A stretch of 64,000 nt of DNA, from the NCBI GenBank assembly GCA_051294905.1, contig CM119384.1, positions 20,088,001-20,152,000 on the forward strand. The letters run 5' to 3'. Made by a program: the position numbers and the translations under genes. Source of the stretch: Botryllus schlosseri. Its lineage: Eukaryota. The notes under the pieces were generated by a model. That model worked only from the letters and a program-made list of their open reading frames with translations, ran no database searches and was not told the origin of the DNA. Shown here one piece after another: positions 24,998 through 37,413 of the stretch. The first letter of the stretch is position 1, and the number at the start of each line of letters is the position of its first letter.

Positions 24998-27900
24998 CTT
25001 CGCGTACAACTCAAGTAAAAGGATATCGCTATTCGGCACTTGTCGCTAGACAAGTAGATTTCAAAGGTATTTTCACCGGACGGCTTGTGTTTCCCCTTGA
25101 TTTTTGAAGATGGCTGTCTTGAAAACATCGTAAATCCGACGTCATATTGCATTGTGAGTGACAGCGGCGAACATGCAGACAGCATTTTGCTCATAAACTA
25201 TGGAAATAATTTACGAAACCACTCTGGTAGCGCAAAAGTGCATGCAAACAACTTTAATGTTGGGAGTATTACCAGTTTGTTACTTTGGGTTAATAGTGGC
25301 TCCACCCGTTACGCGAATTGACTGGTAACAAAACGCCTAATCGCTGTTGATCCAATCACCGTGCCCCGACTTCTTTAAAATCAACAGCGATTTTGCGCTG
25401 TGCAGGTGTGGTAATTATGTCCTATTGAACTGCTGTCTGGTTAGACCCCTACGGCTTACGGAGTATTTTTCATGAAATTAGCAATAGTAATTCTCGAACT
25501 GGTGTACGCTCTTAAATACACAAGGCGCGCCTAAACCGAATCGCGATTTTCCCATCTCGTTTACATTCTGCGTTGCGGGCAATATTGCCAGTCAACAACT
25601 CGGGGCTAATTATGACCTGGGCGTATGAACACATGGGGATTAGTGACAGCCTGTGTGCAGGCAAACGTTGCAAATTTCGTGCGCGATCTGGGTTTACTGC
25701 ATTCCGGACGACGGGGTCGGTTCCAGAACACTGTATAAATTTCAACGGTTATCATAGATATACATCTATTGCCATCTCTCTGCTGGAAAGTTTTGGGTAT
25801 GGTAAGTTATTATCATTAAGACACAATCAATAACGAGGATGTTGTTCGCTAGAGAGCGTCACTTCTCGAACTTTCATGCATATTGCACAGTATGTGTATC
25901 AGACTTATTTAATACTTTGAATTCCGAATCCTGTTCCGGATACTATGCTCAAAACTAAATCCACAATGACTCATATCTATTCCAAAGTCGTGTGGAAATT
26001 GAAGATTATCTAAATAAAGTCCAGCGAAGTAAAAAAATCGGAGATCCAAGTCATATTTAACTATAATCTCCACATCAATTATATCAAGGCTTGCTAAGCA
26101 ACACAAAATCGCATTGACTGCATGTGACTATGAAAGAAGAATGTCAGTTTTCATACCAGTACTAGACGAGGTTGGTCAGCATGTTCTCGCAAAGTACCTG
26201 TTGGGTTGTGGTTCCCGCGCCCCGAATGAGCTGGACTCCTGAACTTGCATATTTGGAATTGTGTTAGATATGCCCAGTGGTCGCACTCACAGACTACCTG
26301 GCCGCCTAAATATTTCGAGCATTTCTCAATATAAGAACTTACGTATGGTGTAATGATGGATGTACCCGAGTGGGTGCGGGTAGTCGGAATTTTCATGGAG
26401 AGGCTCCACGGATTCCATTTCTCAAAAACTGAGATAGTTTCAAAGGAAAGGTGGAGCCTTGCAAGGGTACACTAACCGGTACAGTGTAGATTTCTGGATG
26501 TGGGCAAATGTGATCAACGTTGAAACTGTGCCACGCCGTCTGTGTATTTCCAGCACCGCAGTTTCCTCGATATACTCGCGTGATACTCTCTCACAAATTG
26601 AACGCGTGCGGCGTATTTGCGATGTTTCATTTTCGGTGGTGATGTTATTAATATGGTAACACGATCGCCGTATCATTATGCGTGAGAAATCCGCGATAGC
26701 CGTCGATAACATTGTTATGGACTTATTCGCGATTTTGCTGGAATCATAGAACAGCAATGCCATCTTTCCGCGTGGAGCTTGTCTCGTAGCTGATCGAGTG
26801 TTTGATTTCGCCAATTGCGCATCATCGCTACTATTTTACAGCTGATAATCCATTACGGCCTGGAAACGTTGCGATAAAGCTCGCTTTTGACACACACCTC
26901 CGGTAGTTTTATTGTTATTCGCTCATATTAAGTGACACCCGACACGGCTATCGACCGTTTTTCCTTGTGGATTTTTCACTTTTCGTGAAATCACAATGCC
27001 CACTTTTTGTTAAGTGAAACCTTAGCCAGGCTAAGCATGGGGCCCGAGCCACCGAAGGCGACAGCCGTCACGTCATAGTGAAACTATGATTTATGGCGTC
27101 ACAATCCGAAAATCGTACCTTCGCAAATCTCAGACTTCCCACACGCTTCTCAGTTATTAAACGTCTATAAAACGGTAATGGACAGGATTATCGATGTATT
27201 AACTGGCCGCACCCCTTCGAAATCTTTAATTCCTATATCCGTACGAAAGTTTTAGTGAGATTACGCGAAATACACTGCTAATTACTAGCGGGGTCATAAG
27301 TTTTCGTCCAAAATTTGTCTCGAGAGATTTTCGTAGTCCATGCGACTAGGCGTCTTGTATCAAGTAGGAGTTTCCTTTATCCTCGCGTCTCGCTATATTT
27401 AGCGGGTATTGTGGTGCTTTGTAGTAAGGCAATCTTTAATTTTACCATGCATTCGATTATATCAGACGGGTAAAGCAAGTTTTGAATGTCATTTAACCTC
27501 GCCATGACTGGTATCTAACCTGTTGCAAAGTATCGGTGTGAATTGATCGATCTTCTCAAAAGTTACGAAAGCGTAATTATAGCATGCTACCGGGAAAAAA
27601 TGACGCAACGTTGCCGAAGGTGGTTGAGACCTATCTCCGGAATTTTGGTGCAGTCGGGCTTCTAAAATGCTTCGATCTGAGATGGATATTGATCGAATAC
27701 TCAGCCACCTGTATTCTAGGTACTGCCCAGCTCCTACCCATGATGAAGATAGAAAATTGCGTCAGCCTGATTGTGCGCTGAGCAAAACATCATTGTGATC
27801 GTAGGATTCAAGAGGATTAAACGTTGAACTAACATGTTGTTTCGCGAAATAGCAATCCAACTACCATCATCAAGTATATACCGAGAAATGGTAACGCAAT

Positions 27901-28069
27901 CAAGGTGCGCGCGGAAATATCAACTTTCGTGCGCGTTGCGACCCTAAAACATTGTTTCGTTGTTGTTTCTACACCCATTCAAATGACATTGGGTTATTAT
28001 TGCGTGGGACAATTATGCAATTGTGTAAACTCGCGCCATCAAGCTCTGCCATCTGTAATCTGTTCACAG

Positions 28070-28199
28070 GCTGCACCAGACGTTTATCAACACGCGCGCG
28101 AACGGCGCTTCTACGAATTTGCGTCTCTGAAAATCGAGGGCGAACGATTTATGACTCCGCAAGACTTTCTGGAATCCGTCACCGAGGAAAATCCGAGGC
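28070..28199 (+). CDS. MICU2/3: MICU2/3 second coding exon (130 nt)
   Basis: Acceptor CTGTTCACAG ends 28069 and the phase-1 donor C|GTGAGT is at 28199/28200. Reads AAPDVYQHARERRFYEFASLKIEGERFMTPQDFLESVTEENPR, matching MICU3-type RERRFxxFASxExxGxxxMTPxDFxxxV and the MICU2/3 exon-2 boundary. Confidence 0.92.
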
Positions 28200-28337
28200 G
28201 TGAGTCGGTTTTGAGATCTGTCCTCTCCAATTTCGTGCTGTCGCATGCAAATTAGTACTGGCCGGACCGAAAAAAATCCCCGGTCCAAATCTGATCCCGT
28301 TTCTTCAAAATATCAAAATCCCGATAGTCACCTACAT

Positions 28338-30822
28338 TAGGGTTGTTCAGAATTGACCTACTTTCAAAAAGTCCAGGTTTTCAGTCCGATTCCCATGCCT
28401 TATACCTTAAAAACATATTCTGGCTACTTTTTTTGTAACTCGTCCCCTGCATCCGTGTGCACATTGAGCTGGAAGAATAGCAGCTGAAAATAGGGGATTC
28501 CCCTAAAATCTGAGTGTCACGATTTTACCTAGCCTAGTTAAAGTGACATATAACATGGATTTATGCAACTGTTGCGGTTTGGAGTGCTACAAAACCCCAC
28601 TATATAAGGCATTCCTAGTTCAGGATATCATTTCCATGTCCCACACTGCCTTAGAACTGCTCAAAACTACCTAAAACTGATAGTCATTTTGTTGGATCAC
28701 ATATCCTACACCCCTCAAACCTACCCGGCACTGTTCATCAATTTCCTGGATCCCCATGTGCAAGAATACAACTGTAAATGTAACATCCACTCACAGCCAC
28801 ATAATAAACATCACAGGAAACGAAAAAATAAGGCAAAGAAAGAGATCAACTTGGCAAAATATTACATAAATCAGGTGGATGAAATGGTTGATTTCGAGAA
28901 ATCTGCATATCTGTTCCGGTGATCTTCCACAGCTTGTAGGAGGCTCGCTCGCTGTTTTTTGTCATCCGTTATGAACGCAGTATAGTCGGTATTCAATTTT
29001 ACCATACGCTCTGCTGCCATCATTAACTACTTCAACAGTATTCACAAATTCTTGAGCAGTCACGAAATCCGGACCAGTATGCCATTCCGAAACTGGAAGA
29101 CTACACCAATCATGTTCCACATGTATAGCATCAAATAGAAACCACGATTCTGGCCCAATCAAATCGACCATACTCATTGACTCAGAGACAGAGTCAGAGA
29201 TCAGACTGAGAGGCATAGGCTACCTCTGCGAAATTTTTCAGGGATTGGCATTTTCAGCAATTTAGCAGCCATCGCTTCCTTCAGTTTGTCAGGAATCTTT
29301 GGATTAGCCGAGAACGAGGTAAATACCACCATTTCCTCAGTTAGATACCAATGATGTTTTCGCAATTTCTTGTATGTCACATCAGCAACAGTGAGATCGC
29401 ATAATGAAGAGTTTTTCATGCCATGAAGGAATTTGAGATCATTCCAAGGTGCGTCACATGCAATACCAGTTTTCAACCAAGCTGGAACATAAAACAAAGC
29501 AATGAATGTATTGATTCGTTCCAACTTTTCAATGAACTATTCAGAATAGTCCATTTGCTCACTCCACATGAACATTTTTTGACAGTACAAGACTTGACTC
29601 ATCCATCTAGCGCTATGAGTAGCACCAGGCTTGCGAAAACGATGATCAACATATTTGTCATCCGAAATCGCCAAGGTGCCTGCTGCACATTCTCTGTAGT
29701 CATCTCTTATCAAGACTTCTTTCTGCTTTCCATCATTGGGTTTCATCAGTGGAATTATTTCTTGCTTTGCTTCATCAGCTTTCATCGCCAACCAGCTGCC
29801 TTCAATAAACTGCAGCGTTTTATAGCTTCTTGGTTTATCAATATGTTTCCACTTCTTCTTGAAGATATTAAAATCCGTGTTTTCAGGGCCTGTGGTTGTC
29901 GATCCAAACAAACACTTCCAAACCTCTCGAATGACCAGTTCATAAATATGATGGCGACAGGCATTGTAGAAAACTTTCCTGTTAATCAATTCTTCAAGTA
30001 ACGGAACCGCACCTTTGCTTTTACCAGTGTTTGAGGATGATGTGTCAAACACAAGAGCTCTAACAGATTTTGTTAAATTCCAAAGTTCCAGCAGTTCAAA
30101 TGATGCATCAGCCTGTGCTTTTCCTGTAGCACTTCAATGATGCAGCAGAGCGTATGGTAAAATTGAATACCGACTATGCTGCGTTCATAACGGATGACAA
30201 AAAACAGCGAGCGAGCCTCCTACAAGCAGTGGAAGATCACCGGAACAGATATGCAGATTTCTTGAAATCAACCATTTCATCCACCTGATTTATGTAATAT
30301 TTTGCCAAGTTGATCTCTTTCTTTGCCTTATTTTTTCGTTTCCTGTGATGTTTATTATGTGGCTGTGAGTGGATGTTACATTTACAGTTGTATTCTTGCA
30401 CATGGGGATCCAGGAAATTGATGAACAGTGCCGGGTAGGTTTGAGGGGTGTAGGATATGTGATCCAACAAAATGACTATCAGTTTTAGGTAGTTTTAAGC
30501 AGTTCTAAGGCAGTGTAGGACATGGAAATGATATCCTGAACTAGGAATGCCTTATATAGTGGGGTTTTGTAGCACTCCAAACCGCAACAGCTGCATAAAT
30601 CCATGTTATATGTCACTTTAACTAGGCTAGGTAAAATCGTGACACTCAGATTTTAGGGGAATCCCCTATTTTCAGCTGCTATTCTTCCAGCTCAATGTGC
30701 ACACGGATGCAGGGGACGAGTTACAAAAAAAAGTAGCCAGAATATGTTTTTAAGGTATAAGGCATGGGAATCGGACTGAAAACCTGGACTTTTTGAAAGT
30801 CGGTCAATTCTGAACAACCCTA
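28338..30822. mobile_element. hAT-superfamily (hATm-like) element rearranged into a foldback with ~687-bp inverted arms
   Basis: Termini TAGGGTTGTTCAGAATT/AATTCTGAACAACCCTA. TSD ACCTACAT/ACCTACGT (7/8). Arms 28338-29024 and 30136-30822 differ at only about 8-10 positions by eye. Confidence 0.9.
28871..30135 (-). pseudogene. 5'-truncated hAT-family (hATm-like) transposase
   Basis: Reads SATGKAQADASFELLELWNLTKSVRALVFDTSSSNTG...YNACRHHIYEL...PGATHSARWM...FYVPAWL...HHWYLTEEMV...VEVVND(AAER). It has an in-frame TAG at 29539-29537, a frame break near 29216 and a +1 insertion at ~29017. The catalytic D (FDT), CxxH and NDxAER motifs are recognisable. Confidence 0.88.
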
Positions 30823-31009
30823 ACCTACGTATATACGTATTACCCAGACTTGGAAAACTATATAACTCTAACTAATTGCCTAATTCGACTAAATAAAGCG
30901 AATTGCTGATAATTTAATTCTAATATAATTTGTTAAATGTTTCTTTGTTTTCATTCTCATTCTATTTACTTTTTGGTTTTCCTGAAATCGCTACACGATA
31001 ACTGTATAG

Positions 31010-34000
31010 TAGGGATGGTGTGAACGTGAGGTTCACGTTCCCGTTCCGTGTGTGAACCTCAGAAATGTAGAGGTTCACGTTCGCAAACGAACCTTGGAAG
31101 GCTCTGCATTGTGAACCTTTTTCATATATTACAATTTTCACTTCATTATAATATCTTCGGTTGAAATTTATTGCTTTTCAAATGCGGGCCACTCTATGCA
31201 TTAGGGTGGAGTGAAAAATGGAAAATTTTGAATTTCAAAACGGACACTTGATATGTGGTGCCAAATTTAAAAAAAATAATTTCTATAACAATTTTGGGCT
31301 CTTGCACCCTCTAGTGGTCGTGCAATTGCACCGAACGAGCCAAAAATAGCTAATTTCGCTATATATTGATTACCGCTTATGCTAGAAAGCCGGTTTTGGG
31401 CTTAAAAGATGCGGAAGCAACAAGTTTCTATCTCACTTCCACAGAACTTAGTCTTAAAAATGAACAGAAAAAAAGTTACAAGCAAATTATTGATTTTTAG
31501 CCTGTTTTAGGTAAAATTAGGCACTGAAGCAGTGGCTATGATGCCAAAAGCTTGTAGTGATTGATCTTATGACTGACAACTCCATATTGAAAGCACATAA
31601 ATTGCAAATCTATATCGAAAACACAAAAACATCAATTCTATATTGAAAAAAGATATTTTTCGAAGATGGTTTCACTACCAGAGTATTAGTATGCACAAAC
31701 TTCAAAATCTTGTTTCGTATTAGGGGATTTCATCTGCTTTCGAGATTTCAGTTTTTGTCTGATGAGGCCATCTCTACGTTCAAATCGCCATACATGGGCA
31801 ATGGGCATATGCTTCGGTGACCACTTTACCGTCTCTTTCCACTGCCTGGTTGTGACAAGGATGATTGATCCTTAATGGCGATGACCTTAGATTTTCCAGC
31901 TCGAGATATGAAAAGTTTTTGATTGCTGGTGGATGTTCCACATCTTTTAGATGCAAGTTGACAGTTTGGTGGTATGATTTGGCCTTGATGTTTATAATTG
32001 GGATTTTGAACAATCTGATTCTAGTGTCAACATTGTTTTTAGGTTTCGGTTCATTAACATATCCTCCTTCAAAGTCGCCAATTGGAATCTGGCATTCTGT
32101 TTGATCTGCTCATAGTTGTAGTCTTGCAAGTCTTCTGAGGCCTTCATCATCATCACCGAGCATTCCCAGATGTGCAAAACATGCCTTTCGTTGTAGCAAA
32201 GATAGTGCAAGGTTACGAATTCGTGTATCAGAAAGCTTTTGTAACATGGGAAACTATGTTGCAGAAGTTTCTGGCACCATCAACAATGGAATTGCGCCTT
32301 TTTATTTCAAACCATGACGGAAAATAAACCTCCATGCAGAATTGAGTAAGATAGTTCAGATTGCCGGATGGATGACTCTGTCGCACATAGAACATGCCAA
32401 ATTTTGAGTTTCTATGTACGACAGAGCAATCTGAATTATCTTGCTCAATTCTACATGGAGTTTTATTTTCCGTCATGGTTTGAAATAAAAAGGTACAATT
32501 CCATTGTTGATGGTGCTAAAAACCTGTGCAACATAGTTTGCCATATTACAAAGCTTTCTGATACACGAATTCGCAACCTTGCACTACCTTTGCTACAACG
32601 AAAAGCATATTTTGCACATCCGGATAATGTTTTTTGGGAATGCTCAGTGATGATGATGAAGGCCTTGGAAGACTTGCAAGATTACAGCTATCAGCAGACC
32701 AAACAGAATACCAGATTCCAATTAGGGACTTTTAAGGAGGATATGTTAATGAAACGAAGCCTAAAAACAACGTTGACACTAGAATCAGATTGTTTAAAAT
32801 CCCAATTATAAACATCAAGGCCAAATCATACCACTAAATAGTCAACTTAAATCAAAAGATATGGAACAGCCGCCAAAAATCAAAAACTCGTCATATCTCG
32901 AGGTGGAAAATCTAAGGTCATCACCTCAAACATCCTTGGCACAACCAGGCAGTGGAAATAGACGTTAAAGTGGTGACCAAAGCATCTGCCCATGTGTCGG
33001 GATTTAAACGTAGAGATGGCTTAATCAGACGAAAAACTGAAGTCTCGAAAACAGATGAAATCCTTTAATACGAAACAAGATTTCAAAGTTTGTGCATACT
33101 AATACTCTGGTAGTGAAACAATCTTCGAAATATATTTTTTTCAATATAGAATTGATGTTTTTGTGTTTTCAATATCGATTAGCAATTGATGTGTTTCCAA
33201 TATGGAGTTGTCAGTCATAAGATCGATCACTACACGCTTTTGGCCTCGTACCACTGCTACAGTGTCTAATTTTTCAGAAAAATGGTCTAAAAATCAATAA
33301 TTTGCTCGTAACTTTTTTTCTGTGCATTTTTAAGACAAAGTTCTGTGGAAGTGAGATAGAAACTTGTTGCTTCCGCATCTTTTGAGCCCAAAATCAGCTT
33401 TCTAGCGGAAGCGGTCATCAATATATAGCGAAATTTGCTATGTTTGGCTCGTTCGGTGCAATTGCACGACCACTAGAGGGTGCACGAGCCCAAAATTATT
33501 ATGGAAATTATTTTTTTCAAATTTGGCACCACATATCAAGTGTCCGTTTTGAAATTCAAAATTTTCCATTTTTCACTCCACCCTACTATGCATGGCGCTG
33601 GTAGCATAAAAAGAATCAACACTAAACGAGCATGTACCTTGACAAACTCAGAAATTTTACTTGCTTTGTTACAAAAGCTTGCTCGCAATATCCAGCCTTC
33701 AGTTTTTGAATCTTTAGTGACTCTCTGCTGTGCGCTTGACTCGCAATCACACAACATCAAGAGTGAAATACACTACGAATGATGCTTTTTCAATCAATCT
33801 ATGAAATTTATATCGTTGTCTGATGTAAAAAATATAGCAGGCGTACGGGGTCAATCTTGACTTCATATGTTTATTGTATCGTGAAAATCAAATCCGTGCG
33901 ATCGGGGTGTTAGCTACTTCGGTATAACCTTTTAATGGGGTAATATCAGTAGCATGTATAGTATCCCGTTTTATACTCCGCTCAATATCAATGTAGCAAT

Positions 34001-34398
34001 ACTCGCCGAATACATTCTCCGGTCTGGCCTAGACCGTTAAGGCGTAAGCTTATATTCCTTTGCAATTCCTCGTCGAAATTGTTGACAGCGCGACGGAATA
34101 TAGTGATTTTATGGGATGATTACATCATTTGATTGCCCCAGTTGATACATTTAGCGACGTTTAAAACGTCAATATTTACTTCAGTATTGTGGCGATATGT
34201 GGCCCGAGTCATCGCTAGTTATCGTGTACGAACAACTGTACATTAATAGAGGCTACCACTTCACTGAAATATAGGGTTGGAATTAGCAATATGATGTGAC
34301 GTGACGTCATGAGGTTCACGTTCGCGTTCACACAGAACCTTTCAAAAAGGTTCGCGTTCACACGAACCTGAACCTTTCAGAGGTTCACACCATCCCTA
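31010..34398. mobile_element. Non-autonomous hAT element (TAGGGATGG termini, GTTCAC/GTGAAC arrays) hosting the 31202 foldback
   Basis: TIR TAGGGATGGTGTGAAC at 31010 and GTTCACACCATCCCTA ending 34398. Flanks CTGTATAG/CTATATAC (6/8). GTTCAC/GTTCGC repeats at both ends. Confidence 0.8.
31202..33585. mobile_element. Near-complete 2.4-kb palindrome made of two 3' halves of a hAT-family transposon
   Basis: Termini TAGGGTGGAGTGAAAAATGG/CCATTTTTCACTCCACCCTA. Perfect TSD CTATGCAT (31194-31201, 33586-33593). Arms 31202-32392 and ~32409-33585 meet at a ~16-bp spacer. Both arms carry decayed transposase C-terminal coding sequence (YFPSWFEIK, QRKAYFAHPDNV, HPCHNQAVER) reading outward from the centre. Confidence 0.92.
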
Positions 34399-34404
34399 CT
34401 ATAT

Positions 34405-35050
34405 ACTGTATGGTGCGAAACGAGCCAAGCTCGCTGTAACCTTTTTTCCGGATTCCAGCCGTTCACTGATTAAATCGTCAGGTTACCGTAAATAACGCTG
34501 CACACCAAATTTGATTCAATTACAACAAGTGTAGGACTCCGCAGATCCAATTAAAATTTTTAATTTATAAGGGAAAATTAAAAAATGTGGATAATCCGAG
34601 GATAATCAACGAAAAACTCACATAACTCCGCTTCTACTAGTTGGAATTGACTCAAATTTGTTTTGCATCGTCTTTGAAGACAGCTCAACAATTTCATGGG
34701 GTTGGCAGACAAATTTGAAAAATTTTATTTTTTAATTTTCCCTTATAAATTAAAAATTTTAATTGGATATGCGGAGTCCTACACTTGTTGGAATTGAACC
34801 AAATTTGGTGTGCAGCGTTATTTACGGTAACCTGACAATTTAATCAGTGAACGGCTGGAATCCGGAAAAAAAGTTATTTTTGAACAGCCCTACTGTACAG
34901 ACATGTGCGATTCTCATGCATATGACAATGAACTCTGATTAGGCACCAACTGAACCTGATTCAATGTGCAAGGTTTCGCAAATTCAGTAATTATAGAACT
35001 AATTTAATTTGGAAACCTGCGTAGCTATAATTCTAATCATAATTCACTAA
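34405..35050. repeat. Dispersed repeat (unclassified, CTAATTCTAAT-rich family) interrupted by the 34437 MITE; second copy at ~40030-40380
   Basis: ACTGTAT(G/A)GTGCGAAACGAGCCAAGC...CTGTACAGACAT and downstream GATTCAAT...GCAAG.TTTCGC.AATTCAG.AATT...GTAGCTATAATT are shared between 34405-35050 and 40210-40380. Confidence 0.65.
34437..34892. mobile_element. Palindromic TAGGGCTGTTCA-family MITE, left terminus deleted
   Basis: ~150-bp inverted arms. Right end TTTTTGAACAGCCCTA is followed by CTGTACAG. The core matches that of 37414-38034. Confidence 0.85.
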
Positions 35051-36319
35051 TTATTATTATTCAGGCATGAATTACTTGTCACGAAAGTTCACGTAGCCGC
35101 CTGATATATCGCCTTCTTGGCGTTATCAGCCCGAGTTAAAAGTGACGAAAAAGTATGTCAGCGTGTATGGTTGATATGGGGCAACTATGCATTGCAGTGG
35201 TATAAATGCTGGATATAGAAGTAACTTAAGGGCGGGGAAAATGTACTGCATCTCAATTTGGATCCTTACATCGTATCGTGATACCATCGCTTCTTTGCTG
35301 CACAATGCACATATTTCTAGCAACCCTGTGCACATATCTGTCGGAAAAATGTGTATTTAGAATTGTCATCTTAACGTCGTAAGCTGCGATGATGATTTCG
35401 CAAAAAGTTCGAGCTCACACGAGGTCAAACTTTTCCGTTATATTGGGAGATGGGTGACAGTGTTCTGCGCAGTTCGACCTTGTTTTTCTTCCTGACGGGG
35501 TCTAGAAAAATTTGGGTATCGTGTGTATCGAGGTAATAGTCCAATTTTATGACTACCATATCTGGAATGAGACCTCGCGAATTTGAAAATTGTGCGCGAT
35601 GGCACGGCGTATTGAACACCGTACGTAGTTGTCAATATATAGGTTGCTCGTTCCTGAAGTGACATCATGTGTAGATTTGACTCGCGTGAATCTAAATGAG
35701 CAAAGCGGAAGCCGTAAGCCCACAAATCGGTATTACATACCGCAACACAATGCTCAGCCCAATGGCCGTCCGTGACGAGTGTGCAGAATGCGGCGGCCTT
35801 TTCTCGGTATTATCTCGCGAGTTATATATTTCCATCGTCTTTAATTTGTTGACAGTAAACAGCGCGTCTATGTAGATGCGGTGTGCGACGGAAACGAAAC
35901 CTGGCCGTGTTCCATTGATATCACGACTCGCACCGCAGTCTATGGCCATTTAGAGTGCGGATTTCAAAACGGATATGAAGTTCACCTATCACTAAACAAG
36001 TAGATGTTTGTATGCATTGTGTTTTCGTAAATCCGGCGGTTTTCGCGGGTGCGCGCGTATTAAACGCTTTGTAGGATATTATTAGGCGCTGATTTCTGTT
36101 ACCGTTTTATGATGGCGCAGTTTGGCGAGATAGCGTTGCTCAAGGGTTTTTAACCGTATTGTGCTCATGGCACAGTAAAATAGCAAAACTATTATCGACC
36201 CATTGAAGTTCGATGCGGCACACTGAAAGCAGCGCCTTGGCCCAACACTATCCCACGGCACACATGTTGAAACCCCGTGACTTAGTGCCACGGTAGCGGT
36301 GTCTTACAGAACTCTGGAG

Positions 36320-36734
36320 CAGTGGTTCTCAACCCTTTGTCTTCGCGGACCCATTTCCGACCGTCACGGAACCCGTTGACCCCGTAATTAGTTTTTGCTT
36401 CAATTTTGCGCAATCATCGTGCAACCATCATATTTTTTGCGCTGATATTAACTGCAGGCTGGTGATAAACAGCAACAATTTAACTTTTCATGAAAATAAA
36501 ACATCAATGTGTTTTTATCAGTGAGCATGCCTGTTCGCAATTTAAATTGAGTTACACAGTAGGATAATTCATCTTCGACGGCCATTCTGTTGATGTGAGT
36601 CCTGAAGTCTTTGCAGTTCGGAAGCTAAACTCCCTCATGATTTCCCTATCTTAAGTCTTTGGATAATTGATAGTGCCAATTTAGAGGTTTTGCGGACCCC
36701 TGAGGGTCCGCGGACCACAGGTTACGAATCGCCG
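36320..36734. mobile_element. Degenerate Charlie/Buster-type hAT MITE
   Basis: Left CAGTGGTTCTCAAC, degenerate right end CAGGTTACGAATCGCCG, GCGGACCC subterminal motifs. Flanks resemble NTCTAGAN. Confidence 0.65.
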
Positions 36735-37413
36735 TTTAGAGCAAAAGTGAGCCAGACTACACGCAAATATAGACTACCAGATCAATCTGTGCATAGGAGA
36801 AATCTGAGCAAATAGTCTAGCTTGCGACGATTTCTGTATGCAGTCGATGCTCTGTTGCCAGATTTTGGTCGAATTCGTGCCTGTTAAGAGGGCGAGCATG
36901 AGCAGTGAGCACACAGCACGCCATGTTCGTGTCAACGGACGTTAAAAACTGATATAGCGGCAGAACGAATCGATCTCGGATCCCACCAGATAACACGGGC
37001 GTATCCCCGTTGTTGAATGCTTACAAACTCTATTGTGCTTCCTTCTGCAGCATTGCGAAAAAATGAATCGTTTTGGTGCTTTGTTCGGGTGCTTGTTTTC
37101 CAGTATATTTTTTCCCGAATCGTGCTCATTATTCGTTCGGTCTTGTGTCCAATTATTCACGGGTGATTTGGTGCCTGTTGCCTGAAGTTGCAAATTCGGA
37201 ATCAGCATCGTCAAATTAGGTAAACCGAATTAATCGTTCTAAAAAAGCAAAAAAATAGTTGATAAATGTCGACCGGTGTTGTAATTAAAATTATTGCTTA
37301 GAAACATTTCACAAATTATATTAGAATTAGCTTTAGAGCAAAGTAACAACTCACGAATTAGATTAGAATTAGATTATCAGCATTTATCTTGTGGTAAACG
37401 AATCTTTGTGCAC

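Noticed and set aside
27834-28069. Upstream ATG (MLFREIAIQ...) and the N-terminal part of ORF 27905-28255 as a MICU start
   Set aside because: A strong acceptor at 28069 and a better presequence-like exon at 9763-9999 explain the structure. The upstream part is treated as intron, though an alternative start cannot be excluded.
28689-30470. Near-identical 77-aa ORFs at 28689-28922 (+) and 30237-30470 (-), and the 192-aa ORF at 29423-30001 (+)
   Set aside because: These are by-products of the foldback arms and the antisense frame of the transposase, not genes.
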